Below are positions 8,083 through 16,654 of a DNA stretch of 34,779 nt, in pieces. Within the stretch, counting starts at the first letter, position 1. Every line of letters begins with the position of its first letter. Source of the DNA: Capsulimonadales bacterium (lineage in GTDB: Bacteria > Armatimonadota > Armatimonadia > Armatimonadales > Armatimonadaceae); contig JANRLW010000045.1 of NCBI GenBank assembly GCA_033762295.1, positions 1-34,779 on the forward strand, in the 5' to 3' direction. The notes under the pieces are model-generated. The model saw nothing but the letters and a program-made list of their open reading frames with translations. It had not been told where the DNA came from and made no database searches. The position numbers and the translations under genes were made by a program.

Positions 8083-9574
8083 AGCAGGCGGCGACCCCCA
8101 GAAGAACATAATAGACCCAGAGCGCGGCAACCGGTGGGGCGGGAACGGAAAACGAGGCGAAGGGCAGGGCGGCAAACCCGACCGTCATCGTCCGCAGAAG
8201 CCGGACGCCCCCGGCCAGGGGCAGGAAGAGCCACTTCGTCAGGAAGGCGGGCAGCAACAGCGAGACCGGAAGAACGGCCAGGGTGGCCAGCAAAAGAACT
8301 TCCGACCAGACCGCGATCAGCAGGTTGGCGACCGGCGCAATCGGGCTGAACAGCGAGAAATGATAGGCGACCAGGGGAGCGAGAGCGATTTCGGCGACGA
8401 GTCCGACGAGCAGGGCGACGAGAACGCCCCGTGCGAATCGTTCCGGCAGGGGAGCGAACGGAACGATCGGCAGGTATCGCTCCGAGAGGGGACCGACGAA
8501 GAGCAGCAGGCCGCCGACCGCCGCGAAGGACAGCTGAAACCCGGCGTCGTACAGCGATCCGGGATCGGCGAACAGCAGGACCAGGGCGGCGAAGGCGAGC
8601 GAGTGCAGCGGTTCGGCGGTCCGCTTGAGCAGGGGCGCGCACAGCAGCACCGTGGCCATGACCGCCGACCGCAACGGCGCCGCACCGCCTCCCGCCGCCA
8701 GCACGAAAAGCCAGATCAGCCCGATCGCGAGGGAATGCCCCAGGAACTTCGGCAGGAGCAGGTAACGGAAGCCAATCGTCAATGCCCCTGCGAACGCCGT
8801 CAGGTGCAGGCCGGATACCGACAGGATATGCACGGTGCCGGTCCGCTCGAACGAATCGGACAGCGCGCCCGGGATCGAGCCACGGATCGAGAGCAAAAGG
8901 CCGTCGAGCAGGGCGCTGTCCTCCGGGCTGAGAAAGCGGGCGGTCTGCGCCTGAATCCGTTCCCGGATATCCCCGGCGATGCGGAGCGGGGAGACCTGGG
9001 GCGGACCCAGCGAACGCAGGTCGTCGGGATGGCGCACGGTCATCCGGCAGAAGACGCCATGCCGGTTCCGGTAGTCCGCCGTATCGAATCCGTCGGGGTT
9101 GGTCCGTTCGAGAAAGGCTTCGACCCGACCGCGCAGCCGGACCGGAGTTCCCACCGTGGGGGCGTTCCCATGCCGAAGCGTGACCGCGATCCGTCCTCGA
9201 ACCGCATGGACGGCGCGATAATCATCGACCCGGAGGGCGTGAACGAGGAATCGGGTTCCACCGTCCGACGAGGAGTCGGCCCGCACCTCGGGCAGCGAAT
9301 CGATCCGTCCCTCGACCTGGAGGGAGGGGCTACCGACGAAGCGCGAGATATCGTCGGGACGGGGCAGGGAGACTTCGCGGGTCCGACCGATCCCGAGCAG
9401 AATCAGCGGCAACAGCAGGAGTTCCGGGCGGAACGGGGGGCGCAGGCAGGCGAGGGCGACCGACGCCAGGGCGGCGGCTCCGTAAGCGAACGGCGGCGCC
9501 AACGGAACGGCGGGCGCGAGCAGGATGCCGATGATCAGGCCACAAAGCAGGACAGCGATCGGGCGCGGCCGCAC
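7952..9574 (-). CDS. comEC: ComEC/Rec2 membrane competence domain (N-terminal half, with OB/DUF4131 region)
   Basis: TNPDGFD, FERTGTVHILSVSGLH, LRSAVM, DAGFQLSF. Many transmembrane helices. Confidence 0.9.
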   Translation of the reverse strand: MRPRPIAVLLCGLIIGILLAPAVPLAPPFAYGAAALASVALACLRPPFRPELLLLPLILLGIGRTREVSLPRPDDISRFVGSPSLQVEGRIDSLPEVRADSSSDGGTRFLVHALRVDDYRAVHAVRGRIAVTLRHGNAPTVGTPVRLRGRVEAFLERTNPDGFDTADYRNRHGVFCRMTVRHPDDLRSLGPPQVSPLRIAGDIRERIQAQTARFLSPEDSALLDGLLLSIRGSIPGALSDSFERTGTVHILSVSGLHLTAFAGALTIGFRYLLLPKFLGHSLAIGLIWLFVLAAGGGAAPLRSAVMATVLLCAPLLKRTAEPLHSLAFAALVLLFADPGSLYDAGFQLSFAAVGGLLLFVGPLSERYLPIVPFAPLPERFARGVLVALLVGLVAEIALAPLVAYHFSLFSPIAPVANLLIAVWSEVLLLATLAVLPVSLLLPAFLTKWLFLPLAGGVRLLRTMTVGFAALPFASFSVPAPPVAALWVYYVLLGVAACYVRRRPAPSATVPVSAPSALASPAVVDDRLPDDGRASAARHLP

Positions 9575-9580
9575 GTCGGG

Positions 9581-10261
9581 CTATTCCTCGGGCGGCAGGG
9601 CCGGACGCGGCGCGGACCGGACCGCCGACGGGGAGCGACGCACCCGACAGCGGGCGCAGTCCACGGTTCCGTCGGCGGGGAAGCGGGGCGGTGCCAGGTC
9701 GCCGCAGTGGGGGCAGGGGAACCAGTGGTTGTCGAGCCGCCAGGTACGCAGTCGGGCGTCGGTGAGGCGGACGGCGCGCAGCCGGGCGCGCAGGGCATCG
9801 TCGGAGATTCGGCGCAAACTCTCCTCGATGCGTTCGATCTCACCCGGCGACAGGTCGACCTCGGCGAGTTCTTCCGGGGACGGATGAAGCGGTGGGGGCG
9901 TCTCCGGTGTGCCGCGCCGTTTCTGCAGTCCGCGATTTTGGAAGCGGATATCACGAATGACCGGAGCGTTCTCCGCGCCGACGCGGGCGTTCAGGCGGCG
10001 GAGTATATCCTGTTTGTAGAACCCGAGTTCGGACGCCCACATCGCGGAGCGGACCGCGACATGGAGCACACCGTCGTGGACGCGTTCGACCTCGGTGGCG
10101 GCGGCGATCTGCGGTCCGACGGTTTCGGCCCAGACGAGGGGCGCGGTATGTTCCTTGACCTTGGCGGCGAAACCGAGCCGACCGAAGTGGGATTCGAGCA
10201 GGGAGGTGATCCCGTTTCGGCGATCGTTGGGAAAGCGTCCATGACGCGGTTCCGGGCGCAT
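9581..10261 (-). CDS. DUF721/DciA-family protein with C-terminal Zn ribbon
   Basis: WAETVGPQIA...DGVLHVAVRSAMWASEL...IRDIRF, and CPHC...CARC. GAGG RBS before ATG 10261. TGnTATAGT promoter upstream. Confidence 0.82.
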   Translation of the reverse strand: MRPEPRHGRFPNDRRNGITSLLESHFGRLGFAAKVKEHTAPLVWAETVGPQIAAATEVERVHDGVLHVAVRSAMWASELGFYKQDILRRLNARVGAENAPVIRDIRFQNRGLQKRRGTPETPPPLHPSPEELAEVDLSPGEIERIEESLRRISDDALRARLRAVRLTDARLRTWRLDNHWFPCPHCGDLAPPRFPADGTVDCARCRVRRSPSAVRSAPRPALPPEE

Positions 10262-10349
10262 TGACGGACCTCGCTCAGGGAGAAATGATGTTTGCACTAT
10301 ACCACGCCGCCCCGGAAAATCGCCGCCCGCTCGCCGAAAAACCGAACAT

Positions 10350-10365
10350 CCGAAACGTCGGGAGA
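10350..10365 (+). repeat. Left direct repeat CCGAAACGTCGGGAGA (imperfect extension 10334-10375)
   Basis: Identical 16-mer at 11907-11922, with shared flanks CCGAAAAACCGAA and GGCCGCCTTC. Confidence 0.8.
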
Positions 10366-10459
10366 GGCCGCCTTCGTACGATATAACACCGGAGGGGACC
10401 CGCAGAACGGCGGACTGATCGAGGAGACCGTTCCGTTCTCAGGCGACAATCACTGAAAG

Positions 10460-10786
10460 ATGACCATGCGCATTCCATACGTTAGACGGTCCTCATTTTT
10501 GGACTCCTGCCGGGAGGCTATCGAAACTTCCCCACCGCGTCAGGTTGGCCAGAGGATAGTGGTTCGATTCGATAAGGCTGGCGGGTATGAACTGACAGCA
10601 AGCGTGTCAATTGAACCGGACGCACCGAACGACTTCGGCAGTGATTGGCAAGGTAACGACCCGACACGCTTCCCGGTTCGGATACGAGCGGCAGCGACCG
10701 CCCTCCGTGACGCTCTTTGCTTTGGCGATTTCGAGATTACGCACATAGATGGTATGCTGACCATCGTGCGTCGGGGAGACCGATAG
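10460..10786 (+). CDS. Hypothetical protein (108 aa)
   Basis: Intact ORF whose TAG overlaps the GTG start of the next gene (TAGTG). Confidence 0.65.
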   Translation: MTMRIPYVRRSSFLDSCREAIETSPPRQVGQRIVVRFDKAGGYELTASVSIEPDAPNDFGSDWQGNDPTRFPVRIRAAATALRDALCFGDFEITHIDGMLTIVRRGDR

Positions 10787-11733
10787 TGGCGACCAAACTG
10801 AGGCTAAGTCAAATGCAACGAGTGGAACTGCGTGATTGCTGGGATCATGAGGCACTGGATTTCACTCCCTGGCTGGCGCAGGATGATAATCTGGTATTCC
10901 TGAGTGAGGCCATCGGTATTTCGCTGGAGTTGGTCACCATCGAGCAAAACGTTGGTCGATACAGTGCCGACCTGCTATGTCGTGACAGGGATACCGGGCA
11001 GTGGGTTGTCATCGAAAACCAATTGGAAGAGACAAACCACTCGCACCTCGGGCAACTAATCACCTACGTTGCAGGCGTCCAGGGTTCAACGGTTATCTGG
11101 ATAGCACGGCAGTTCACGGAGGAGCATCGGGCGGCAATGGACTGGCTGAATGAGGCGACGGTTCAGGAGACCCGATTCTTCGGCATAGAAATCGAGCTAT
11201 GGCGTATCGGTGAAGGTGATACGGTAGCGCCCCGTTTTAATGTAGTCAGCCGCCCCAACGACTTCTCGAAGAAGACAACCGCGCGCCGCGAGGCGACGAT
11301 TACACCAACAAGCTCGCAGTACCGTTACTGGTCCGCCTTCATGGAGCGTGTTCGTTCCGCCGGCGACTGGCCACTCGCCAACACACGACCAAAGGATAGC
11401 CGATGGATTTCATTTCCGACCGGGACAAACGCCTACTGGCTGAGCCTGAACACCAGCGCATCCGGGAAATGGATTAACGTACAAATCTACTGTAATGGAC
11501 GGCGTGCATTGGAATACTTCGAGCGACTGAAGGCCCAGCAGGCGGCAATCGAGGCAGATTTGGGGCCGCTCGATTGGGAAATAGCGGGAGGTCATCATTA
11601 CGTCGCTCGTTATCGAAGGGACAGCGACCCCGCAGATGAGGCGCAATGGGCGGACCAGCACGCCTGGTTACGTGAACAGGCTATCGCGTTCCATAAGGGG
11701 TTCTTCCCCTACTTGACGGGTGAGACGATGTAG
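10786..11733 (+). CDS. DUF4268-domain protein with N-terminal PD-(D/E)XK-like nuclease domain
   Basis: LRDCWDHEALDFTPWL, ADLLC..., VVIENQLEETNHSHLGQLITY, QYRYWSAF. Confidence 0.85.
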   Translation: MATKLRLSQMQRVELRDCWDHEALDFTPWLAQDDNLVFLSEAIGISLELVTIEQNVGRYSADLLCRDRDTGQWVVIENQLEETNHSHLGQLITYVAGVQGSTVIWIARQFTEEHRAAMDWLNEATVQETRFFGIEIELWRIGEGDTVAPRFNVVSRPNDFSKKTTARREATITPTSSQYRYWSAFMERVRSAGDWPLANTRPKDSRWISFPTGTNAYWLSLNTSASGKWINVQIYCNGRRALEYFERLKAQQAAIEADLGPLDWEIAGGHHYVARYRRDSDPADEAQWADQHAWLREQAIAFHKGFFPYLTGETM

Positions 11734-11788
11734 GCTTTGCAGACATGCTAACAAGACACTCTTCACCATAATACGCACGGAGGGCGGG

Positions 11789-11904
11789 TTACCCGAGAAG
11801 CTGAAAAACGCCGGGTGGATTATTACCGGCAGCTTCTGCGGACGTTCTACCGCCTGCCGTTCCTGTTCGTCGCTGAGGAAAGGGACTTGCTCCTGAACCC
11901 GAAA
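11789..11904 (+). pseudogene. Fragment resembling a type IIG restriction-modification / N6-adenine methyltransferase
   Basis: DYYRQLLRTFYRLPFLFVAEERDLL resembles the conserved LRLVYRLLFLFVAEDRDLL motif. The upstream LPEKLK segment is in another frame. Confidence 0.6.
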
Positions 11905-11906
11905 AA

Positions 11907-11922
11907 CCGAAACGTCGGGAGA
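11907..11922 (+). repeat. Right direct repeat CCGAAACGTCGGGAGA (imperfect extension 11899-11935)
   Basis: Matches 10350-10365. Confidence 0.8.
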
Positions 11923-11995
11923 CGCGGCCGCCTTCATCCCGGGGAACGACCGAAGCCAGGGGGTATTGGGAGAAGGGGAGGTTTGAGGAAGGAAG

Positions 11996-12069
11996 TCGGG
12001 GCGACAGGATTCGAACCTGCGACCTTCTGAACCCCATTCAGACACGCTACCAAGCTGCGCCACGCCCCG
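11996..12069 (-). tRNA. tRNA-Pro(GGG), CCA not encoded
   Basis: CGGGGCG acceptor stem, anticodon arm TCTGA-ATGGGGT-TCAGA, GGTTCGAATCC T arm. Confidence 0.97.
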
Positions 12070-12090
12070 ATACCGCGTTTCGCGACCATT

Positions 12091-12119
12091 ACTGTATCAG
12101 GGCAGGGACGCTTTGTCAA
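12091..12119 (-). promoter_or_regulatory. sigma70 promoter of tRNA-Pro, TTGACA-N17-TACAGT
   Basis: Near-consensus hexamers with 17-nt spacing. Confidence 0.8.
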
Positions 12120-12124
12120 ACCGA

Positions 12125-14332
12125 CTAGGGCTTGCCGACGACCCGCAACGGCAACGTGCACGTGACATACGAACCGTCACCGCCCGCGACAATCCCGACC
12201 GCCGTCATCGACATCGGCGGAAGGTCCGGCATCGGACGCTTCGCCACCAGAAACTGCGCCCCGCCGTTCGCACGGATCGATAACTCGCCCTCATCCTTCT
12301 CCGGCGGAATATATACCGAGTTTTCCAGGTAGACCCCCGGTGGCATCGCCGGAAAATAGACGACGATTCCCGCCTTGAAGTCCGGACGTCGCTGAACCCT
12401 GACCGTGATTTTTGTCGGCTCCTTCGCGTCGATCACCGGCGAGACCGAATCCTGATTATCCTTCCACGACAGGGTGAAGGGAACCGGGTCCGAACCGACC
12501 GAGACAATCTGCGACGAACGCTGAATCGTCCGTGGCTGATTATTGAACTTGTACTCCTCCAGAGGACGGACACGACGGACGACCGGAACATTATTCTCCC
12601 CCGGCGTTTCGGCGTCCAACGCGACCACCTGGCTGACGGCGGCGGTGCCGGGGGGCGCGGTCAGGACGATCATCACCTTGTCGTCGTCCGGCGGCAGGAC
12701 GGCGTCCGTCTGGGTCACGCCCGGCGGCAGACCGGAAAATCGAACCTTGATCGGACCGCGAAGGTTCTCCCGCCGCGTCACGCGCACCAGGACCGGCAGC
12801 GACCCGCCGACCGGAATATTCAACGCATCCGGAAGAGCCGTCAGAGCGATATCCGGTGCGCCGTTCAATGCCTCCCAGGAGTAGACGAACGAGGGGCCGC
12901 CGCGTCCGTCCGCATCCGTGACCTCCACCGTATATTCACCCGGCGCGGGAAAGGCGTTGTAGATACGCAGTTCGTTCTCGCCATCCCCCTCGCCGCCGTT
13001 GACCGGATTGCCCTGCGCGTTTTTGATCGTCACCTTCGGTCGAAGCGGCGACCCGATCCGACGGGCGTAGACATCCAGGTAGGTATTCGCCCGGTCGGCC
13101 TTGACCCGGAACGTGTTGACCGCGCCCGCCTGCTCGATCCGCCCGCTGAACAGGGCCGGAAGCGCGACCGGCGGCGCGGCCGGAGCGACCGGTCCGCTGC
13201 TATTGGGAACGTTGCGGACCAGAAGAGGCGCATCGCCGAGCGGAGTCGCCACCCAGGTGACGCCGTCCGCGCCCTCCGGCACTCGAACCGGCACCGGGCC
13301 GGTCGGCGTCCCCGGCATCGCCGTGACATCCGCCAGCACCCGCGCGGGAACCGTCTCCCCCGGACGCGCCGTTCCCTCGGGCGACAGCACGACATCGTAG
13401 GGGACCGGACCCATCGTCAGACGATAGACCGAGGAGGGCGACCCCTTCCAGAGCAGGTCGCGCACCAGCAACGTATAAGTTCCGTCCGCCGACGCGGTCC
13501 AGTCGACCAGCGGGTCAAGACCGTACGTCCCAAGCCGCCCGGTGTTCTTCGCCAGTTCCTTCCCCCCGGCGTCGTAGAGATAAAGCGCCGGGTTGAAGAA
13601 GAACTGCGACTGTTCGTTGAGCCGGAACGACTTCAGGTTGAAGATCAGCCGTTCGCCCTTCTTCGCGGCGAAGGTGAAGAAGTCCTTCTCGGAAGCGCCG
13701 GTAAGGACACCGTTGACGACCGTCGGCAACGTGACTTTTTGCGCCTCCTCCGGTTTGGAGTTCGGCTCGGCCGCCGTAATCTCCGGCAGGCTGCCAACCT
13801 CGAAAAGATAGGCGGAGGACGCGCCGCGCCCGGTGACCAGACGTACCTCACGCAGTCCGGGAACGGCGTCCGGAGCGATCGTAAATTTCGCCGTGACCTG
13901 ACCGGCACGCGCCAGCGCCTGCAGATAGCCGACAATCTTATCCCGGTCGCCCTTCTCGATGGCCGCGCCGCGCGCCCGAATCATCCGGTCGACGGTGGCC
14001 GCCCACTGATCGGGCGTCAGGCTGCGGTTGGCGGGCGACCTCGCCTCATGACAGGACGTGCATTTCGCTTCGAAGAGCGGTTTGGCCGACTCATCGACCG
14101 CGCCGCCCGCCGCCATCAGTTCGGCGGTGATGCCCGGCGCGCCGGTGACAATCAGGCTCTTCGCGCCGTTCAGGTTGCCGCCGCGCATCGCGACCTCCAC
14201 GGTCTCCCCGGCCTTCGCCCCCGCCGGGAACAGGGCGGCGATACGCGGCTCCTGCGCCCGCGCGATTCCCGATGCCCACAACCAAAGAGCGAAAAACCCG
14301 CTCCGAAGAACGAGGTCGATGATCCTTTTCAT
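12125..14332 (-). CDS. Secreted PPC/Ig-like repeat protein with inserted monoheme c-type cytochrome domain
   Basis: Signal peptide ending ARA-Q. LFPAGAKAGETVEV start, CTSCH, WAATVDRM, EPNSK...KDFFTFAAKKGERL...GTYTLLVRD...YRL PPC-like repeats. Confidence 0.8.
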   Translation of the reverse strand: MKRIIDLVLRSGFFALWLWASGIARAQEPRIAALFPAGAKAGETVEVAMRGGNLNGAKSLIVTGAPGITAELMAAGGAVDESAKPLFEAKCTSCHEARSPANRSLTPDQWAATVDRMIRARGAAIEKGDRDKIVGYLQALARAGQVTAKFTIAPDAVPGLREVRLVTGRGASSAYLFEVGSLPEITAAEPNSKPEEAQKVTLPTVVNGVLTGASEKDFFTFAAKKGERLIFNLKSFRLNEQSQFFFNPALYLYDAGGKELAKNTGRLGTYGLDPLVDWTASADGTYTLLVRDLLWKGSPSSVYRLTMGPVPYDVVLSPEGTARPGETVPARVLADVTAMPGTPTGPVPVRVPEGADGVTWVATPLGDAPLLVRNVPNSSGPVAPAAPPVALPALFSGRIEQAGAVNTFRVKADRANTYLDVYARRIGSPLRPKVTIKNAQGNPVNGGEGDGENELRIYNAFPAPGEYTVEVTDADGRGGPSFVYSWEALNGAPDIALTALPDALNIPVGGSLPVLVRVTRRENLRGPIKVRFSGLPPGVTQTDAVLPPDDDKVMIVLTAPPGTAAVSQVVALDAETPGENNVPVVRRVRPLEEYKFNNQPRTIQRSSQIVSVGSDPVPFTLSWKDNQDSVSPVIDAKEPTKITVRVQRRPDFKAGIVVYFPAMPPGVYLENSVYIPPEKDEGELSIRANGGAQFLVAKRPMPDLPPMSMTAVGIVAGGDGSYVTCTLPLRVVGKP

Positions 14333-14510
14333 TCGCACGGTTCTGCCTCCCCGCAAGGCCGATCTCCCGGCCCGGCTGTGATAACGATCACTATGGGTTT
14401 CGCCACTCCGTCACCCCGAAAACGCCGCACGGCACATACAATAAAAACGTCGATGGCCCCGGTGCCGATCCGTTCCGCCGGATAAGGCGGAAGAAAGTTA
14501 AAGAAAAACA

Positions 14511-14990
14511 GTGAAAAACGACACACAAAACACCGCTTCGGTCCTGTTCCGCCCCTCGCTGCTCCTGGCCGCCGCCGGAGTGATCTCCGCACTTCTGACC
14601 CCCGTCGCGACCTCCGCGCGGCAAACCCCCGAATACACCGGGATCGTGATCGACGTTCGCCACCTGACCGAGATCGACCGCTCGCCCGCGCCGGTTATCT
14701 ACGGTCCCGCGCCGAAGCAGGAAACGCTCTATCCCGATCCCGCCCATGTCCCGACCCCCGACGAGGTTCAGGACAACAGCGTCGTCCGGTACTACCATAC
14801 CCCCGAGCAGGCGGAGAAAGGGGTCGCCGGCGAGCATCCCCTCATCGTCCGGGCCGAAGCCGTCGTCGGACCGGCGCACGACAGCGTGCGCGTTACCGCC
14901 GAGGACGCCGAAATCCTGAAAAACGCCGACAAAACCCTGCGCTACTCCCGCAACTGGAAGGTCGCCTTCCTGATACCGGAAGGTCACTGA
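14511..14990 (+). CDS. Secreted hypothetical protein
   Basis: Signal-like N-terminus, host-like codon usage, YTGIVIDVR...SPAPVIY. Confidence 0.7.
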   Translation: MKNDTQNTASVLFRPSLLLAAAGVISALLTPVATSARQTPEYTGIVIDVRHLTEIDRSPAPVIYGPAPKQETLYPDPAHVPTPDEVQDNSVVRYYHTPEQAEKGVAGEHPLIVRAEAVVGPAHDSVRVTAEDAEILKNADKTLRYSRNWKVAFLIPEGH

Positions 14991-16630
14991 GCCGCGCGCC
15001 CGGACGCCACCCGCGCAGGGGTCGGTTTGACCGCCTTGCTTTCGGGGACCGGGTAAAGATACTTCGTCGGAATCGCCTGCCGCGCCTGATTCACGGTCTG
15101 CCGGATCGATTCGATATACGCCGTCCCGGAGTACTCCCAGGAAAGACGCGCCTCCGCGCCGCCGTTGCCCTGGTAGTACTCCATCCGGATCGGGACACGC
15201 TGGCCGGCTTTCAGGCGGATCGGTTCCGTTCGGTCTTCCGCCGGAGCGCGATCGACCCAGGCATCGACCACGGTCCTGCCGTTCACCGTGAGGCGAACGC
15301 CGTCGTCGGAGCGGGTGATGAAGCGGTACTCGCCGGTGACCGGGGCTTCGACGAACCCGTCCCAGCGAACGAACAGATCCTCGCGCTGAACGCCCGGTCC
15401 GGGGGGCTGGCTGTTCCAGTCGAAATCGACCGTCGCATCGGTGCGTATCACCGCCGGGCGACCGGACCCCGCCCGATTATTGAAATAAGCGGCGGTCAAG
15501 CCGACACCGGCTTCGAATCGTTTCGGCAGACGGGCGACCAGAGCCGGGTCGATTTTGATCGGGGGCGGGACGTAGACGCCGCCCGCATCGAGCGTGTAGA
15601 CCAGTTTGAGTTTTTCGGTGTCGTACACACGGGCCTTACCGTCGAGCGAGGCGGAGGCGATCCGTTTACCGTCCGGCGAGACGGCGACGCCCCAGATATC
15701 CCCCTCGGCCTCGCTGAAGGTCGCACGCGGGCCGCCCCCCGTATTCCAGAGAACGGTACGCCGGTCCGCGCCCCCGCTGACCACGAAACCGTCCGAGGGG
15801 GCGACCGCCACCGCGTAGACGCCGCCCTCGTGCGCGTCCGACTGCCCTTCCTGATGACCGCCGCGCGGCTGGACGCCCTGCTCGTCGGGCTTGCCGTTCT
15901 TATCTCGGTAGACGACGAAGTAGCGAAGACGCCCGTCGCCGCTGCCGACCACGAAACGCCCGGCGTGCGGCGGACGGGGAGCGACCGCCCAGACCGGGGA
16001 GGCGCACTGGTCGAAGTTCACCACGACCCGCCGCGCCTTCGCGTCCCAGACTTTGAACATGTGGTCCGCGCCGCCGGTCCCGAAAACCTCGCCCCCCATG
16101 TCCTCCTGGAAGGTCACCGGAATGCCGACCGCGAGACAGCGCCCGTTATGCTCCGTCAGTTTGCCGACCGTCTGCCCGGTAGTCGTGTCGGTGATCAGGA
16201 TGCGTTCGTCGTCGGCGGCGGTCAGCAGCGTATTACGGAAAAACGCGACCGCCTCCACCGTGTCCGCATGACCCTTGATCTGCCGGCGTACCGTCCCCGT
16301 GGCCGGGTCCAAAACGAAGGCCATGCCGCTATGACCGGGAACGCCGGTCCCGACCGCCAGCGCCTTGCCATCCGGGGAGAACGCGACGCTCCGGACCGCC
16401 TCGCCCGGTACCGCGTAAGCCGCGATCCGTTTTCCGGTCTCGGTCTCATACAGGCGAACGAACCGGTAACCGCCGACCGCCAGAACCTTGCCGTCCGGGG
16501 AGAACGCGACGCTCCAGACCGGGCCGGGTACGGTCGATGAGAGAGTCGCCCGGGGCGGGGCGGTGGTCGGCGTCCGGAACGGATGGAACGCCGAAAGCGC
16601 GGCGAAGGACAGGAACAGCGGAAGGATCAC
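14984..16630 (-). CDS. Secreted WD40 beta-propeller plus PA14 domain protein
   Basis: Repeated VAFSPDGK, GH and VWD motifs. GLTAAYFNN...DFDW...SDDGVRL...MEYYQ marks a PA14 domain. Confidence 0.9.
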   Translation of the reverse strand: MILPLFLSFAALSAFHPFRTPTTAPPRATLSSTVPGPVWSVAFSPDGKVLAVGGYRFVRLYETETGKRIAAYAVPGEAVRSVAFSPDGKALAVGTGVPGHSGMAFVLDPATGTVRRQIKGHADTVEAVAFFRNTLLTAADDERILITDTTTGQTVGKLTEHNGRCLAVGIPVTFQEDMGGEVFGTGGADHMFKVWDAKARRVVVNFDQCASPVWAVAPRPPHAGRFVVGSGDGRLRYFVVYRDKNGKPDEQGVQPRGGHQEGQSDAHEGGVYAVAVAPSDGFVVSGGADRRTVLWNTGGGPRATFSEAEGDIWGVAVSPDGKRIASASLDGKARVYDTEKLKLVYTLDAGGVYVPPPIKIDPALVARLPKRFEAGVGLTAAYFNNRAGSGRPAVIRTDATVDFDWNSQPPGPGVQREDLFVRWDGFVEAPVTGEYRFITRSDDGVRLTVNGRTVVDAWVDRAPAEDRTEPIRLKAGQRVPIRMEYYQGNGGAEARLSWEYSGTAYIESIRQTVNQARQAIPTKYLYPVPESKAVKPTPARVASGRAAQ

Positions 16631-16654
16631 CTCTGGTTACTCCCACGATCGATC

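Larger units (their letters stand above)
10334..11935. mobile_element. Small lower-GC genomic islet next to tRNA-Pro, no integrase
   Basis: Visible drop in GC and altered codon usage, flanking direct repeats, nuclease-like cargo. Confidence 0.65.

Noticed and set aside
7961..10264. 767-aa plus-strand ORF
   Set aside because: Antisense shadow of comEC and the DUF721 gene.
11996..12020. tRNA 3'-end att duplication or prophage
   Set aside because: No second copy of the tRNA 3' end, and no integrase or phage genes found.
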